Shown in pieces: positions 1-10,628 of a stretch of 64,000 bases of DNA. Where the stretch lies: assembly GCA_965248355.1 (NCBI GenBank), contig OZ252098.1, positions 5,056,001 through 5,120,000 on the forward strand. The letters are read 5' to 3'. The translations under genes and the position numbers were made by a program. The DNA is from Candidatus Latescibacterota bacterium. Its GTDB lineage: Bacteria > Latescibacterota > UBA2968 > UBA8231. The first letter of the stretch is position 1, and each line of letters begins with the position of its first letter. The notes beneath the pieces were generated by a model. The model did not search any database. It was not told the DNA's origin and saw nothing but the letters and a program-made list of their open reading frames with translations.

Positions 1-1241
1 CCATGTACCGTTCATCCTTCGAGCCGCATATCATCGGCACCTTTGGCATGATGGGCCTCAGCCCCGGCGACCCGGGATACTCGATCGACGGCGACGGCTA
101 CATCGCCCTCGACGACCCCTTGGCCACCAACGTGCAGTGGAACATCGGCCGCAGCGCCGTGCTCGCCCAGTTCACCCCGGCCCTGCAGCTCCTGGCGCCG
201 GGCCTGATCGCCGGGATGCTGGTGCAGCAGGGCATGGACGCCGAGACCGCCCGGACGATGGCCCAGGAGCAGACGGCGGCGGTGCTGGCCGCCCTGCCGT
301 CCCTCGTGCCGACGCAGCTTCCCGGTCTGACCAACAGCCTGGGCCGGCTGAATGTGCAGACCCGGGGCTTCGACCCGGTGGCCGGCGCTACGGACGTGCC
401 CGGCACGGAGTCGACCATCACCCAGACCCTGGAGCTGGGGTACAAGGGGATCCTGGCCAACGAGCTGGTGGTCTCGGCCGATCTCTACCGCAGCCAGAGG
501 AAGGGCTTCGTCGGGCCCCTGGCGGTGGAGACGCCCAGCGTCTTCCTCGACCGGGAGAGCCTGATGAAGGTGCTGGAGCCGGCCCTGGCCGCGCAGTTGG
601 CGGATCCGGCCTATGCCCAGGTGGCGCTGGTCCTGGGGGCGCTGGACCAGGTCTCGATCCCCGGCGTCAGCGCGGGCGACAACGACGGCAGCGCCGCGGA
701 CGAGCTGGCGGCGATCCTGGCCAACGGCACGGCGGGCATCCCCTTCGGCACGGTCTCGCCGGAGCAGGCCTACGACCCCACGGCGGTGATGCTCACGTAC
801 CGCAACTTCGGCGACATCACCCTCTACGGACTCGACCTGGCCGTCGGCTGGTACCCGGGCGAGAGCTGGAACCTCACCGGCGGCTACTCCTTCGTCAGCG
901 ACGACATCTTCCCGAACCTGGGCGGGATCGCCGATGTCGCCATCAACGCGCCGAAGCACAAGTTCAACGTGGGCGGCACCTGGCGCCTCCCGCAGCACCG
1001 CCTGCGGCTCGGCGCCCGCGGGCGCTACAGCGGCGCCTTCCCCATGAACTCGGGGGTCTACGTGGGGGACGTGGACGCCAACACCACCTTCGACCTGAGC
1101 TCCCGGTACGACCTGCCCTTCGGCGAGGGCCTGCACCTGCTGGTGAGCGTGGACAACGTCCTCGACAACGCCTACCAGTCCTTCGTAGGCGCCCCGGAGG
1201 TGGGCCGGCTGGCTCACGCCCAGCTCGGGATCGAGTTCTGA
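1..1241 (+). CDS. TonB-dependent receptor, C-terminal part (5' end outside window)
   Basis: Amphipathic beta-strands, 'NAPKHKFN', 'VDNVLDNAY' and C-terminal ..QLGIEF typical of TBDR barrels. Confidence 0.8.
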   Translation, partial: MYRSSFEPHIIGTFGMMGLSPGDPGYSIDGDGYIALDDPLATNVQWNIGRSAVLAQFTPALQLLAPGLIAGMLVQQGMDAETARTMAQEQTAAVLAALPSLVPTQLPGLTNSLGRLNVQTRGFDPVAGATDVPGTESTITQTLELGYKGILANELVVSADLYRSQRKGFVGPLAVETPSVFLDRESLMKVLEPALAAQLADPAYAQVALVLGALDQVSIPGVSAGDNDGSAADELAAILANGTAGIPFGTVSPEQAYDPTAVMLTYRNFGDITLYGLDLAVGWYPGESWNLTGGYSFVSDDIFPNLGGIADVAINAPKHKFNVGGTWRLPQHRLRLGARGRYSGAFPMNSGVYVGDVDANTTFDLSSRYDLPFGEGLHLLVSVDNVLDNAYQSFVGAPEVGRLAHAQLGIEF

Positions 1242-1253
1242 CGGAAGTCGGGA

Positions 1254-1289
1254 TCCCGCCCGCCGCCTGCCGGGGGCTCGCGGGCGGGA
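1254..1289. terminator. GC-rich hairpin between convergent genes, possible terminator
   Basis: TCCCGCCCGC (1254-1263) / GCGGGCGGGA (1280-1289) inverted repeat; no U-tract. Confidence 0.35.
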
Positions 1290-1319
1290 CCTGGGCGCCG
1301 ATGGTGTTGGCGCCGGCGC

Positions 1320-2276
1320 TCAGAGACCGCCCTGGGTCGACAGGCCGAGGGACAGTTGGTGTCCGGCCGGGAAGTTCCGGCCCGCGAGAGTACGCCGCAG
1401 GGCCAGTTCCGCCGCCGTCCGCCCGAAGAGGGTCCAGCCGACGGTGGGCGCCAGGTAGACGATCCTCTTCTTGAGGCTGGGGTTCTCGAAGCCGAAGGAC
1501 CGGCCCGCCTGGCCGTGCAGCAGCTCCAGCTTGAGGGCCAGCGTCAGCCGGGGCCCCGGCGACCAGCCCGCCTCGGCGTTGACCAGCCACTCGTCCCCGG
1601 GATCCCGCCGCACGTCCTCGTTCTCCATGCGCAGGCGGTAACCGGCTTCCAGGTTGGCGTAGGCCGGCAGGGGCCAGAAGGAACGCCCCGCCTGCACCAG
1701 AAAGTCGAAGTCCCACTGGCCCTCTCCCACCGGGATCAGGCCGTCCTGGTTCTTGAAGTCCCCCGTGGGGATCTTGAACCCGAGCTTGAAGGTCAGCACC
1801 GCCGGGCTCGTCAGGGCCCGGACCTTGGTGAAGACGCGCAGGTCGCTGATGCCGGCGTCCCTCGGCGGCTCGGCGCGGGTGGTGTCCTGGTAGACCTGGT
1901 CGAACCAGGGGACCTGGACGCCGACGTTCAGCCAGTCCGTGACCCCGTAGAAGCCCTCGGCGAAGACCGCCTGCGAGCGGTACTCGCCGCCGAAGCGATA
2001 GGGGCGCCGGGTCCCCGCCGGCAGTTGGGTGAGCTCGACGCCGGAGGCGGTCCGGATCACCCGCGGCTCCGGGCTGTCGATGTACCACTCGCTGGAGGTC
2101 TGGCGGAAGTAGCTGACCTTGCCCCAGAAGTGCGAGGCCGGCACCGTCCAGGCGCCGCCGAGGGCCGGGGCGGCCCAAAGGCCGATGACCAGCGCCCCGA
2201 TGGCGGCCCCGGACCATCCGCGGAAAGACCGGCGGATACGGGCCTTCAGGATGTGGATGCTCCCGGCGCCGGGCAC
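1320..2276 (-). CDS. Putative outer-membrane beta-barrel protein (MetA-pathway/transporter-like), start uncertain
   Basis: Signal peptide ending ..APALG|GAWT, alternating beta-strands, 'KIPTGDF' motif. Confidence 0.55.
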   Translation of the reverse strand: MPGAGSIHILKARIRRSFRGWSGAAIGALVIGLWAAPALGGAWTVPASHFWGKVSYFRQTSSEWYIDSPEPRVIRTASGVELTQLPAGTRRPYRFGGEYRSQAVFAEGFYGVTDWLNVGVQVPWFDQVYQDTTRAEPPRDAGISDLRVFTKVRALTSPAVLTFKLGFKIPTGDFKNQDGLIPVGEGQWDFDFLVQAGRSFWPLPAYANLEAGYRLRMENEDVRRDPGDEWLVNAEAGWSPGPRLTLALKLELLHGQAGRSFGFENPSLKKRIVYLAPTVGWTLFGRTAAELALRRTLAGRNFPAGHQLSLGLSTQGGL

Positions 2277-2280
2277 CGGC

Positions 2281-2841
2281 TCAGGTCGCGTCCGTGCCCC
2301 TGGCCATGACCACCTTGCCGGTGCGCACCATCTCCCGCAGATCGAACTTGGCCAGCATCTTCTCGAGAGCGTCCATCTTCTCCGTGGTGCCCGTGGCTTC
2401 GAGGGTGATCGTCTCCTCGGAGATGTCCACCGTCTTGCCGCGGAAGACCTCGGCGATCTGCAGGACCTCGCTGCGCTGGGAGATGGTGCAGGCGACCTTG
2501 AGCAGGGCCAGCTCGCGGGTGACGGCGGCGTCGTCGGTGTGGTCGTGGGCGTGGATCACGTCGACGAGCTTGTCGAGCTGGAGGATGATCTGGTGCAGAG
2601 CGTCCGCCGGACCGGAGCAGGTGATCGTCATTCGCGAGGTGTCGGGGATGACGTGGGCGGGGGAGACCACCAGGGACTCGATGTTGTAGCCCCGCCGGCT
2701 GAAGACCTGGCTGATGCGCATGAGCACGCCGGGACGGTCGTTGACCAGCAGGCCGATGGTGGTCTTGCGGACCTCGGCGCCGAGGCCGACGCCGCGGCGG
2801 TAGGCGGCGGCGGCGACCTCCGTGGAGTTGCCGTTCTCCAT
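2281..2841 (-). CDS. ilvN: Acetolactate synthase small (regulatory) subunit
   Basis: LVNDRPGVLMRISQVFSRRGYNIESL ACT motif; ..EMVRTGKVVMARG end; ATG at 2841 overlaps ilvB stop. Confidence 0.95.
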   Translation of the reverse strand: MENGNSTEVAAAAYRRGVGLGAEVRKTTIGLLVNDRPGVLMRISQVFSRRGYNIESLVVSPAHVIPDTSRMTITCSGPADALHQIILQLDKLVDVIHAHDHTDDAAVTRELALLKVACTISQRSEVLQIAEVFRGKTVDISEETITLEATGTTEKMDALEKMLAKFDLREMVRTGKVVMARGTDAT

Positions 2842-4544
2842 CAGGTGCTCCCCGTCGGCTTGGCGAGCCTCCGCCGGGGCGGCTCGATGAGCATCTCGTG
2901 CACGGCGGCCCCCGCGGGGATCATGGGCCAGACGTTGTCCTCCTTCTCGCAGTGGCAGTGGACGACGGCCGGTCCCGAGTCGTGCTCGAGCATGCGCGTG
3001 AGGATCTTGTCGATGTCGGCGGTGCGCTTCAGGTGCCAGCCCTCGATGCCGTAGGCCGCCGCGAGCTTGACGAAGTCCGGGTTGCCCTCCAGGTCGACTC
3101 CGGAGAGGCGGTTGTCGAAGAACAGGTTCTGCCACTGCCGGACCATGCCGAGGTAGGCGTTGTCCATGACCAGCACCTTCACGGGCAGGTCGTGCACCGC
3201 CGCCGTGGCCAGCTCGCACATGGTCATCTGGAAGCCCCCGTCGCCGACGATGGCGACCACGGTCTCGTCGGGGCGGCCGAACTGGGCGCCCACGGCGGCC
3301 GGGAAGCCGTAGCCCATCGTCCCGGCGCCTCCCGAGGACAGCCACTGCCGGTGGTGGGCGGTGCGGTAGAACTGGGCCGCCCACATCTGGTGCTGTCCCA
3401 CGTCGGTGGAGACCACGGCCCGGCCCGCCGTGAGATGGTAGAGCCGGTCGAAGACGGCCTGCATCTTCAGGCCTCCCTTCTTCCCGTACTTGAGGGGATA
3501 CTTCTCCTTCCACTCGTCGATCCGGGCGAGCCAGTCGGCGGTGTCGAGGGGCCCCACCATGTTGATGAGCTCCTCGAGCACCTCGAGGGCGTCGCCCTGG
3601 ATGAAGACGTCGGGCATGACCACCTTGCCGTACTCCGCCGGGTCGATGTCGACGTGGATCTTGGCCGCGTCGGGACAGAACTCCTCCAGCTTGCCGGTGA
3701 TGCGGTCGTCCCAGCGGCCGCCCACGGACATGATCAGGTCGCAGCCCACGACCGCCTTGTTGGCGTAGGCCGTGCCGTGCATGCCGAGCATGCCCACGGA
3801 CAACTCGTGCTGCTCGGGGAAGGCGCCCTTGCCCAGCAGGGTGTTGGTCACCGGCATGCGCGTCTTCTCGGCGAAGGCCTTGGCGGCGTCGTGGGCCCCG
3901 GCGGCGATGGCGCCGCCCCCCAGGTAGAGGAGAGGGCGGCGGCTGCCGCGGAGCAGCTCCGCGGCCTCCCGCAACCGGTCCGGGTCGGCCTTGGAGCGCA
4001 CGCTGTACCCGGGCAGGTAGACGCGCTCGGGGAAGTCGGCGCGGCACTCGGCCGAGGTCACGTCCTTGGGCAGGTCCACCAGGACCGGCCCCTTGCGCCC
4101 GGTGGTGGCGATGTGGAAGGCCTCGTGCATGACCCGGGGGATGTCGTCCACGGCCTTGACCAGGTAGGAGTGCTTGACCACGGGCATGGAGATGCCGAAG
4201 ACGTCCGCCTCCTGGAAGGCGTCCTTGCCCAGCATGGGGGAGATCGTCTGTCCGGTGAGCACGACCATGGGCACCGAGTCCATGTGCGCCGTGAGCAGCC
4301 CGGTGATGGTGTTCGTGGCCCCCGGTCCGGAGGTGACCAGGACCACCCCCGGCTTGCCGGTGGCGCGGGCGTACCCGTCGGCCATGTGGGTGGCGCCCTG
4401 CTCGTGCCGGGTCAGGACGAAGCGGATGTCCTCCGAGTCGACCAGGGCGTCGAAGATGGGCATGGCGGCGCCGCCGGGATGGCCGAAGATGTATTCGCCC
4501 CCCTGACGTTCGACCGCGCGGATAACGGCGTCGGCACCTCTCAT
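2841..4544 (-). CDS. ilvB: Acetolactate synthase large subunit, biosynthetic type
   Basis: [53 protein letters not shown] motif. Confidence 0.97.
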   Translation of the reverse strand: MRGADAVIRAVERQGGEYIFGHPGGAAMPIFDALVDSEDIRFVLTRHEQGATHMADGYARATGKPGVVLVTSGPGATNTITGLLTAHMDSVPMVVLTGQTISPMLGKDAFQEADVFGISMPVVKHSYLVKAVDDIPRVMHEAFHIATTGRKGPVLVDLPKDVTSAECRADFPERVYLPGYSVRSKADPDRLREAAELLRGSRRPLLYLGGGAIAAGAHDAAKAFAEKTRMPVTNTLLGKGAFPEQHELSVGMLGMHGTAYANKAVVGCDLIMSVGGRWDDRITGKLEEFCPDAAKIHVDIDPAEYGKVVMPDVFIQGDALEVLEELINMVGPLDTADWLARIDEWKEKYPLKYGKKGGLKMQAVFDRLYHLTAGRAVVSTDVGQHQMWAAQFYRTAHHRQWLSSGGAGTMGYGFPAAVGAQFGRPDETVVAIVGDGGFQMTMCELATAAVHDLPVKVLVMDNAYLGMVRQWQNLFFDNRLSGVDLEGNPDFVKLAAAYGIEGWHLKRTADIDKILTRMLEHDSGPAVVHCHCEKEDNVWPMIPAGAAVHEMLIEPPRRRLAKPTGST

Positions 4545-4625
4545 GGGGAGAGAACCTCCGGGTTGTGTATCGAAGATGTCACGAATTGCGCAACTTACGA
4601 GAACATTATGTTTCCCGCAGCGCTG

Positions 4626-4654
4626 AGTATAGCAATGAAACGGGATATTCGCAA
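4626..4654 (-). promoter_or_regulatory. sigma70-type promoter for ilvB-ilvN
   Basis: Minus strand TTGCGA-17 bp-TATACT with TG extended -10. Confidence 0.6.
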
Positions 4655-4739
4655 GCGGCGGACGGGGATGCGTGCCGACTTGGGCCGGAATCATGCCACC
4701 ATCGGAGAACCGGACACCTGCCGATGCCCGGCGGCGCCC

Positions 4740-5840
4740 TCAGTCGCGCCAGTTCCGGCGCAGGAGGCGTAGCCAGTTGCGCGACAGGATTCCGGCCACG
4801 TCCTGCTCGCCGTAGCCCCGGTCCTGGAGGAGGGGGACCAGGTTCTGCAGATCGGCGATCGTGTTCAGGTCGCGCGGGGCCTGCTCGGCGCCGAAGCCGC
4901 CGTCGAGGTCGGTGCCGAGGCCGCAGTGGCGGCTGGTCCCCGTGACCTGGGCCACGTGGTCGATGTGATCGGCCACGCTCCGCAGGGTCGCGCCGGACTG
5001 CTGCTCCCAGGCCTGCAGGTCGCGCCGCCATCCCGGGTCGAGCATCCAGGAGTCGAAGGCGGCGCCGATGACGCCGTCGCGCCCGGCGATGTCGCGGATC
5101 ATGCCGTCGGTGAGCTGCCGCTGGCCGGGGGTGAGGGCGCGGCAGTTGTGATGGCTGGCGCAGACCGGCCCGTCATAGATCTCCAGCAGCTCCTGGTGCG
5201 CCTGGTCGGTCAGGTGCGTCACGTCCACCACGATCCCCGCCTCCTGCAGGGCCGCCAGCAGGGGGCGGGCTGGGGGCCGCAGGCCGCCCTCGGTGGCGGT
5301 GCCGTGGGAGTAGGTGCTCGTCCCGTAGTGGGACAGGCTGACCATGCGCAGCCCGAGGGCGTGCCACTCCGGCACCTGGTCCGGGCCGAGGATCGGGTCG
5401 GCGCTCTCCATGGTCAGCACGAGGCCCACCGGGGGGCCCGAGCCGTCGGCGCCGACCTCCGCCTTCTCCCACAGGGCGGCCGTCTCCTCGAGCTGGGCCC
5501 GGGTGCGGCAGATGCGCACGTGGCCGGCCCGCTCCAGGGCCTGGTAGCAGGCCAGGTGGCCGCGGCCGACGCCGTGGCACTGGCTCTGGACGTACATGCC
5601 CGTGCGCGTGGCCCGGTCTCCGGGGTCGATGCGCGACATGACGGTGGCGCAGACGATGCCCACGCGCCCCCTCCGCAGCTCGGGCAGGGTCACCGTGCAG
5701 CTGCCGAAGGACTCCATCGTCTCCACCGGGTCGTGGACGCGCACCGTGGCCGCCGGCTGGGTCAGATCGCGGTTCAGCTGCAGGGCGTTGAAGGCCAGGT
5801 CGAGATGGCTGTCGAGGATCAGGGGGGGCCTGGTGGTCAC
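4740..5840 (-). CDS. Membrane dipeptidase (peptidase M19)
   Basis: LDSHLD, MESADPI, DVTH, ASHHNCRAL, DHIDH, GTDLDGGFG; GTG start at 5840 overlapping upstream stop. Confidence 0.9.
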   Translation of the reverse strand: MTTRPPLILDSHLDLAFNALQLNRDLTQPAATVRVHDPVETMESFGSCTVTLPELRRGRVGIVCATVMSRIDPGDRATRTGMYVQSQCHGVGRGHLACYQALERAGHVRICRTRAQLEETAALWEKAEVGADGSGPPVGLVLTMESADPILGPDQVPEWHALGLRMVSLSHYGTSTYSHGTATEGGLRPPARPLLAALQEAGIVVDVTHLTDQAHQELLEIYDGPVCASHHNCRALTPGQRQLTDGMIRDIAGRDGVIGAAFDSWMLDPGWRRDLQAWEQQSGATLRSVADHIDHVAQVTGTSRHCGLGTDLDGGFGAEQAPRDLNTIADLQNLVPLLQDRGYGEQDVAGILSRNWLRLLRRNWRD

Positions 5841-6970
5841 GGCATCACCTCCCCGAAGAACCGGAGCAGGTTCCCGTAGGCGATGCGGGCCACCTCCCCG
5901 GCCGAGTATCCGCGGCCCTCGAGGATGGCGAGGAACTTCTGCAGGTCGGCGATGGTGTCGTAGTCGACGGGGGCCCACTCGCGGCCGAAGCCGCCGTCGA
6001 GATCGGAGCCGATGGCGACGTGATCGCAGCTGCCAGTGAGCTGGCAGACGTGGTCGATGTGGTCCACCACGCCGGCCATGGTCCGGCGGGCGGTGCGAGG
6101 CGCGCTGCGCAGGTCGTCGAAGTCGATCGACGGGTTGAGCATCGGCTCGGCGAAGACCATGCCGATGACGCCGCCGCGCTCGGCCAGGGCGCGGATCATG
6201 TCGTCGGACAGGTGCCGCTGGCCGGCCACGAGGGCCCGGCACATGCAGTGACTGGCGTGGACGGGCCCCTCCCAGGCGTCGAGGATCTGCCAGAAGGTCA
6301 GGTCGGCGGCGTGGGTCAGGTCCAGGGCCACGCCGGCGTCGGCCAAGGCCTCCAGCAGCGGGTAGGCGCAGGCGTACAGGCCTCCCCGGGTGCCGGTGCC
6401 GTGTCCCCAGGTGTTGGCCCCGAAGTGGGTGATGCCCACCGAGCGCAGCCCTGCTTCCCACCAGTCGGCCACGTCCTCCGGGCCCAGGATGGGGTCGGCG
6501 CTCTCCATGCTGAGGATCAGCCCGATGGGGGTCTCGGGGGCGACGGCTGGCGCCTGCCAGAGATCGGCGGCGCGGCGCAGGTCCCCGGACGTCCGCAGGA
6601 AGGCGAGGGCTCCCTCCCGCTCGAGGGCCCGGTAGTAGTGGAGGTGGGCCTGGCCCATGGCGTGGGCGGCGAGCTGGGTGCGCATGCCGTCGGCGAGGGA
6701 CTCGTTCGGCAGCTGCACGCGGGACATGATCGTCGACAGGACGATGCCCACCCGTCCCTTGCGCATCTCCGGGAAGGAGACGGTGGCCACGCCGCCGAAC
6801 TCCTCCCGGGGGCGCTTGTTCAGGGCGTCGCGGTGCCCGGCGGCCGGAGTCACGCCGTCGCGGTAGGGGTCCTCGCGCTCGCGCAGCACCTGCGCCGGAC
6901 GGGTCAGGTCGCGGCGGAAGAACAGGGCGTTGAAGGCCAGATCGAGGTGGCCGTCGATGATCAGGTTCAT
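5837..6970 (-). CDS. Membrane dipeptidase (peptidase M19)
   Basis: IDGHLD, MESADPI, DLTH, ASHCMCRAL, DHIDH, GSDLDGGFG. Confidence 0.9.
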   Translation of the reverse strand: MNLIIDGHLDLAFNALFFRRDLTRPAQVLREREDPYRDGVTPAAGHRDALNKRPREEFGGVATVSFPEMRKGRVGIVLSTIMSRVQLPNESLADGMRTQLAAHAMGQAHLHYYRALEREGALAFLRTSGDLRRAADLWQAPAVAPETPIGLILSMESADPILGPEDVADWWEAGLRSVGITHFGANTWGHGTGTRGGLYACAYPLLEALADAGVALDLTHAADLTFWQILDAWEGPVHASHCMCRALVAGQRHLSDDMIRALAERGGVIGMVFAEPMLNPSIDFDDLRSAPRTARRTMAGVVDHIDHVCQLTGSCDHVAIGSDLDGGFGREWAPVDYDTIADLQKFLAILEGRGYSAGEVARIAYGNLLRFFGEVMP

Positions 6971-6976
6971 CGGCGC

Positions 6977-8680
6977 TCAGAAGCGGAGCACGGTCTCGAT
7001 GGAGTGGATCTTGCGGCGCTGGATCCGGTCGTCGGCATCGCGCTCGAAGAGGAAGCGCGTGTCCCAGTAGACGGAGACGCCGTCCATCTCGAAGCCGATC
7101 TCGTATCCGTAGAAGGTGTCTTCCGTGGGCTCGAAGAAGCCGTCCTCCGAGCCGGGCGTCCCATCGGCGTCGAGGCGCCGGCCGATGTTGTTCTTCTGGT
7201 AGTAGAGGTCGACGCGGCCCAGCCTGGGTACCGACTTCATCACCATGGGCGACAGGCTCGCGTAGGCGTGGAGCTGGCGCTTCGAGGACGTCTCGCCGAG
7301 GAGATGCTCGTAGTCGGCGGCGCCCGTGGCCAGTCCGAAGAGCTCGGATTCCACGCGGCCGTAGACGCCGTTCAGGCTCTCGCCGCGGTTGAGGCGGGCG
7401 TCCTTCGGCGTGGCCCGGCCGGTGACCAGATCGAGTTTGGCCCGGTCGAGGTCGTAGAGGTTGTCGAAGTAGCCGGCCTCGAAGTCCTCCTGGAAGTAGC
7501 GGTACTCGATGCGGCCTTCGAAGGGCCCGGTCACGGCCCTCAGTCCCGGCGCCACGATGCCGTAGCCCATGGCCCTGCGGTTGCCGGCGGTCACGCCCTG
7601 GAGGCGGGCCTCGCCATGGGTGAGCTCGTCGTCGTCGTCGTGGAAGATTCCCAACTGGCTGTACAAGGTCAGGTTCAGCTGCGAGCCCTGTTTCCAGTGG
7701 TAGCCGGCGTCGAGGCCGAAGATCCCGAAGCGGTCGCCGCCGGCCCCGTGCTTGTTGAAGGGGTTCTTCCTCTGCACGTCGCGGTCGAGGCGGAGGCCGT
7801 CGTCCTCGAGGTCTTCGAGGGCGTTGACGATCCTGCGGCTCAGCTCGCTGCCGGGGTCGACGTCGAGGACGCCGTCGTTGTCGTCGTCGATGTCGCGGAT
7901 GTCGGGGACACCGTCGCCATCGTTGTCCTTGGCCACCCCGTCGTCCCGGGGGAAGGCGTCGACGGCGTCGGGATAGCCGTCGTCGTCGCGGTCGAGCAGT
8001 CCGGCGTACTGGTCGATGTCGAGCACGTAGGTGGCGCCCACCTCGACGCGCTCGGCGGCCCAGGTGAAGAGGCGCATGCCCACGAGGGCGCCGCCCTGCT
8101 GGAAGTCCTGAACGTTGTTGACCATCCCCTCCATCCCGAAGCGCCCGCCGCCGAGGTTCTCGAAACGGAACACGGTGCCCGTCTTCTTGATCCCCGGGTA
8201 CTCGAGGGTGTTTCGGTAGCGGTCCATGATCAGGCCGTAGCCGAAGGTGACGCGGTCGAGGGCGCCGATGCGCACGAAGACGGGGTCCCGCGGCTTGCCG
8301 TAGCGGACGTAGTAGATCTTGCGCAGGAGGGTGTCGAAGGTCTCGGCCGGGGTGCCGAAGGACCAGCCGCGGCTCTGGAAGGCGCCGTCCTCGCCGATGA
8401 ACAGCTCCAGGTCGAGGACCATGGCCGCCCGGCCCATGGGCACCTCCGGACGCAGGGCCAGGCGGTAGACCTGGCGGTTCTCCACCGTCATGGAGCCGAT
8501 GCTGGCGCTGTACCGGGAACCCGTCTCGTAGCGGCTGTCCCGCAGGCCGTCGCGCACGTCTCCCGCCGCCGGCTGGGCCGTCAGCAGGGCGCCGGCCAGG
8601 AGGGCGGAGCGGAGGGCCGCCGGCGGCCGGTTCGGGCCGGCGAGCCGTCCCGCCGGGCCCGGCGGGATGAACTTCGGCAA
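6977..8680 (-). CDS. Exported/outer-membrane protein with thrombospondin type-3-like Ca-binding repeats
   Basis: Signal peptide; DRDDDGYPDAVDAFPRD..DNDGDGVPDIRDIDDDNDGVLD; C-terminal F. Confidence 0.6.
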   Translation of the reverse strand: MPKFIPPGPAGRLAGPNRPPAALRSALLAGALLTAQPAAGDVRDGLRDSRYETGSRYSASIGSMTVENRQVYRLALRPEVPMGRAAMVLDLELFIGEDGAFQSRGWSFGTPAETFDTLLRKIYYVRYGKPRDPVFVRIGALDRVTFGYGLIMDRYRNTLEYPGIKKTGTVFRFENLGGGRFGMEGMVNNVQDFQQGGALVGMRLFTWAAERVEVGATYVLDIDQYAGLLDRDDDGYPDAVDAFPRDDGVAKDNDGDGVPDIRDIDDDNDGVLDVDPGSELSRRIVNALEDLEDDGLRLDRDVQRKNPFNKHGAGGDRFGIFGLDAGYHWKQGSQLNLTLYSQLGIFHDDDDELTHGEARLQGVTAGNRRAMGYGIVAPGLRAVTGPFEGRIEYRYFQEDFEAGYFDNLYDLDRAKLDLVTGRATPKDARLNRGESLNGVYGRVESELFGLATGAADYEHLLGETSSKRQLHAYASLSPMVMKSVPRLGRVDLYYQKNNIGRRLDADGTPGSEDGFFEPTEDTFYGYEIGFEMDGVSVYWDTRFLFERDADDRIQRRKIHSIETVLRF

Positions 8681-8783
8681 GATTCTTCTTCTCTTAGTCT
8701 GTTGTTTTTTGGCCGGATCTGGCTTTGACTTGAACTGATTTTATGATAGGCAACATGGGTAGCCGATACCAACAGCGATCGAG

Positions 8784-10628
8784 GTGATCCCCTTGGAGAC
8801 ACTCAAGGACCTCCTGGAAGACAGTTTCGCCGCCCGCGCCGACCATCCCGCGGTGCGGTGCGTGACGCGCACCGGCGCCGGCGAGGCCTATGCTCCCGTG
8901 ACCTACGCCGAGCTGCGGGGCCTGCGCGACCGCCTGGCCGCCGGACTCGCCGGCCTCGGTCTGCGGCGGGGCCAGCGCGTGGGCATCCTCACCGACGGCG
9001 GCTTCGAGCCCCTGCTGGTCTTCCTCGCCGCCGATGCCCTCGGGCTGGTCTCCGTCCCCCTGTGCCACAAGTCCTCCACCGAGATCCTCGTCCACAACAT
9101 CTCCCGGTCGGGTCTGGAGCTGCTGCTCGTCGACGACCGCGGCCTGGAACCCTACAGCCGCGTGGGCCCGGCCCTGAGCCGCCCCCCGAGGCTGCTGCTG
9201 ACCCCGGGGACCGAGGGCGACGGGATCCCCTGGGAGGAGGCCCAGTCCGACGACGATCCTCCCGAGGTCGACGTATCCCCCGACGACGAGTCGAAGGTCC
9301 TCTTCACCTCCGGATCCTCCGGTCTGCCGAAGGGGGTGGTGCAGACCCATGGCAACATCGTCGCCAACGTGCGCTCCGTCTGGGACCTGATCAGCGAGAA
9401 GGAGGTCTGCCGGTTCTTCAAGTCCGCCCCGGACTACCACTCGATGGGGGTCCTCAACATCTACTACCCGCTGGCCAAGGGCTGGGTCCTCGACCTGGCG
9501 CGGTCGCCGGACCGCGTGCTCGCCGACATCCGCATCTCCGAGCCGGAGGGCTTCCTCACCGTGCCCCTCGTCCTCGACAAGGTCTACGGCAACGTCCGCA
9601 AGGAGATCGACGCCGGCGGGCTCAAGGGCCGGCTGGTGGAGCTGGCGGTCCGCTCCCGCGAGCGGGTCTCCCGTGGGACGGCCGGCTTCGGGAACCGTCT
9701 CGTCGATCGGACCCTCGGCGGCAAGGTGGTGGCCAAGATCAAGCAGCAGCTCTCCCGCCGCGTCGGCGCCGAGCTCGAGATCCTCGTCGTCGGCTCGGCC
9801 AAGGCCGATCCCGACGCCCTGGACTTCTTCCACTACGTCCTCGGCATCAAGTCCTACGAGGGCTACGGGGTCACCGAGTGCGCGCCCCTGATCGCCAGCA
9901 ACCACCTGGGCGGGCGGCGGGCCGGCACCGTGGGCCGCCCCCTCTTCGAGGTGAAGCTGGTGAGCGAGGAGGGCGCGGAGGTGGCCCGGGCCGAGCCGGC
10001 GAGCGATTCCTTCCACACCACCGATCCGGCGGCCGTGGGCGAGCTCTGGGTGAGCGGCGCCAACGTCATGCGGGGCTACCTCGACGATCCCGAGCAGACC
10101 TCCCGCGTGCTGGTGGAGGACGAGGAGGTGCCGGGCAAGCTCTGGTACCGCACCGGCGACCTCTTCAGCATGGACGAGGACGGCTTCCTGATCTTCCGCG
10201 GACGCGTCGGCCGCCAGTTCAAGCTGGCCAACGGCGAGTTCGTCAACCCCGAGCTGCTCGAGCGGATCTACTCGCGGGCTCCCCTGGCCGAGCACGTCCT
10301 CGTCACCGGCCAGCAGGCCTGGAGCCACCCGGTCATCGTCGTCACCGTCGACGTGGAGGAAGCCGGACGTCAGACGGACCTGCGCGGCCTGCCGTCCGGC
10401 GAGGACCAGTTGCGGGCCTTCGAGCCGCTCCACGAGCGCATCCGGCAGCAGTTGCTGGCCGAGGCCGACGGCGCCGGCCTCACCGGCCACGAGAGACCCG
10501 TGCGCCTGCTGGTCCTGCCCGAAGCGTTGTCGGAGGACGCGGGCACCCTTACCCGCGGACTGCGCAAGATCGTGCCCAAGTCGATCACCGAGCGGTTCGC
10601 AGGACCGATCGAAGCCGCCGCGGGCTAG
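8784..10628 (+). CDS. Long-chain fatty acyl-CoA synthetase (AMP-binding)
   Basis: FTSGSSGLPKGV P-loop, YEGYGVTE, WYRTGD, KLANGEFVNP. Confidence 0.9.
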   Translation: MIPLETLKDLLEDSFAARADHPAVRCVTRTGAGEAYAPVTYAELRGLRDRLAAGLAGLGLRRGQRVGILTDGGFEPLLVFLAADALGLVSVPLCHKSSTEILVHNISRSGLELLLVDDRGLEPYSRVGPALSRPPRLLLTPGTEGDGIPWEEAQSDDDPPEVDVSPDDESKVLFTSGSSGLPKGVVQTHGNIVANVRSVWDLISEKEVCRFFKSAPDYHSMGVLNIYYPLAKGWVLDLARSPDRVLADIRISEPEGFLTVPLVLDKVYGNVRKEIDAGGLKGRLVELAVRSRERVSRGTAGFGNRLVDRTLGGKVVAKIKQQLSRRVGAELEILVVGSAKADPDALDFFHYVLGIKSYEGYGVTECAPLIASNHLGGRRAGTVGRPLFEVKLVSEEGAEVARAEPASDSFHTTDPAAVGELWVSGANVMRGYLDDPEQTSRVLVEDEEVPGKLWYRTGDLFSMDEDGFLIFRGRVGRQFKLANGEFVNPELLERIYSRAPLAEHVLVTGQQAWSHPVIVVTVDVEEAGRQTDLRGLPSGEDQLRAFEPLHERIRQQLLAEADGAGLTGHERPVRLLVLPEALSEDAGTLTRGLRKIVPKSITERFAGPIEAAAG

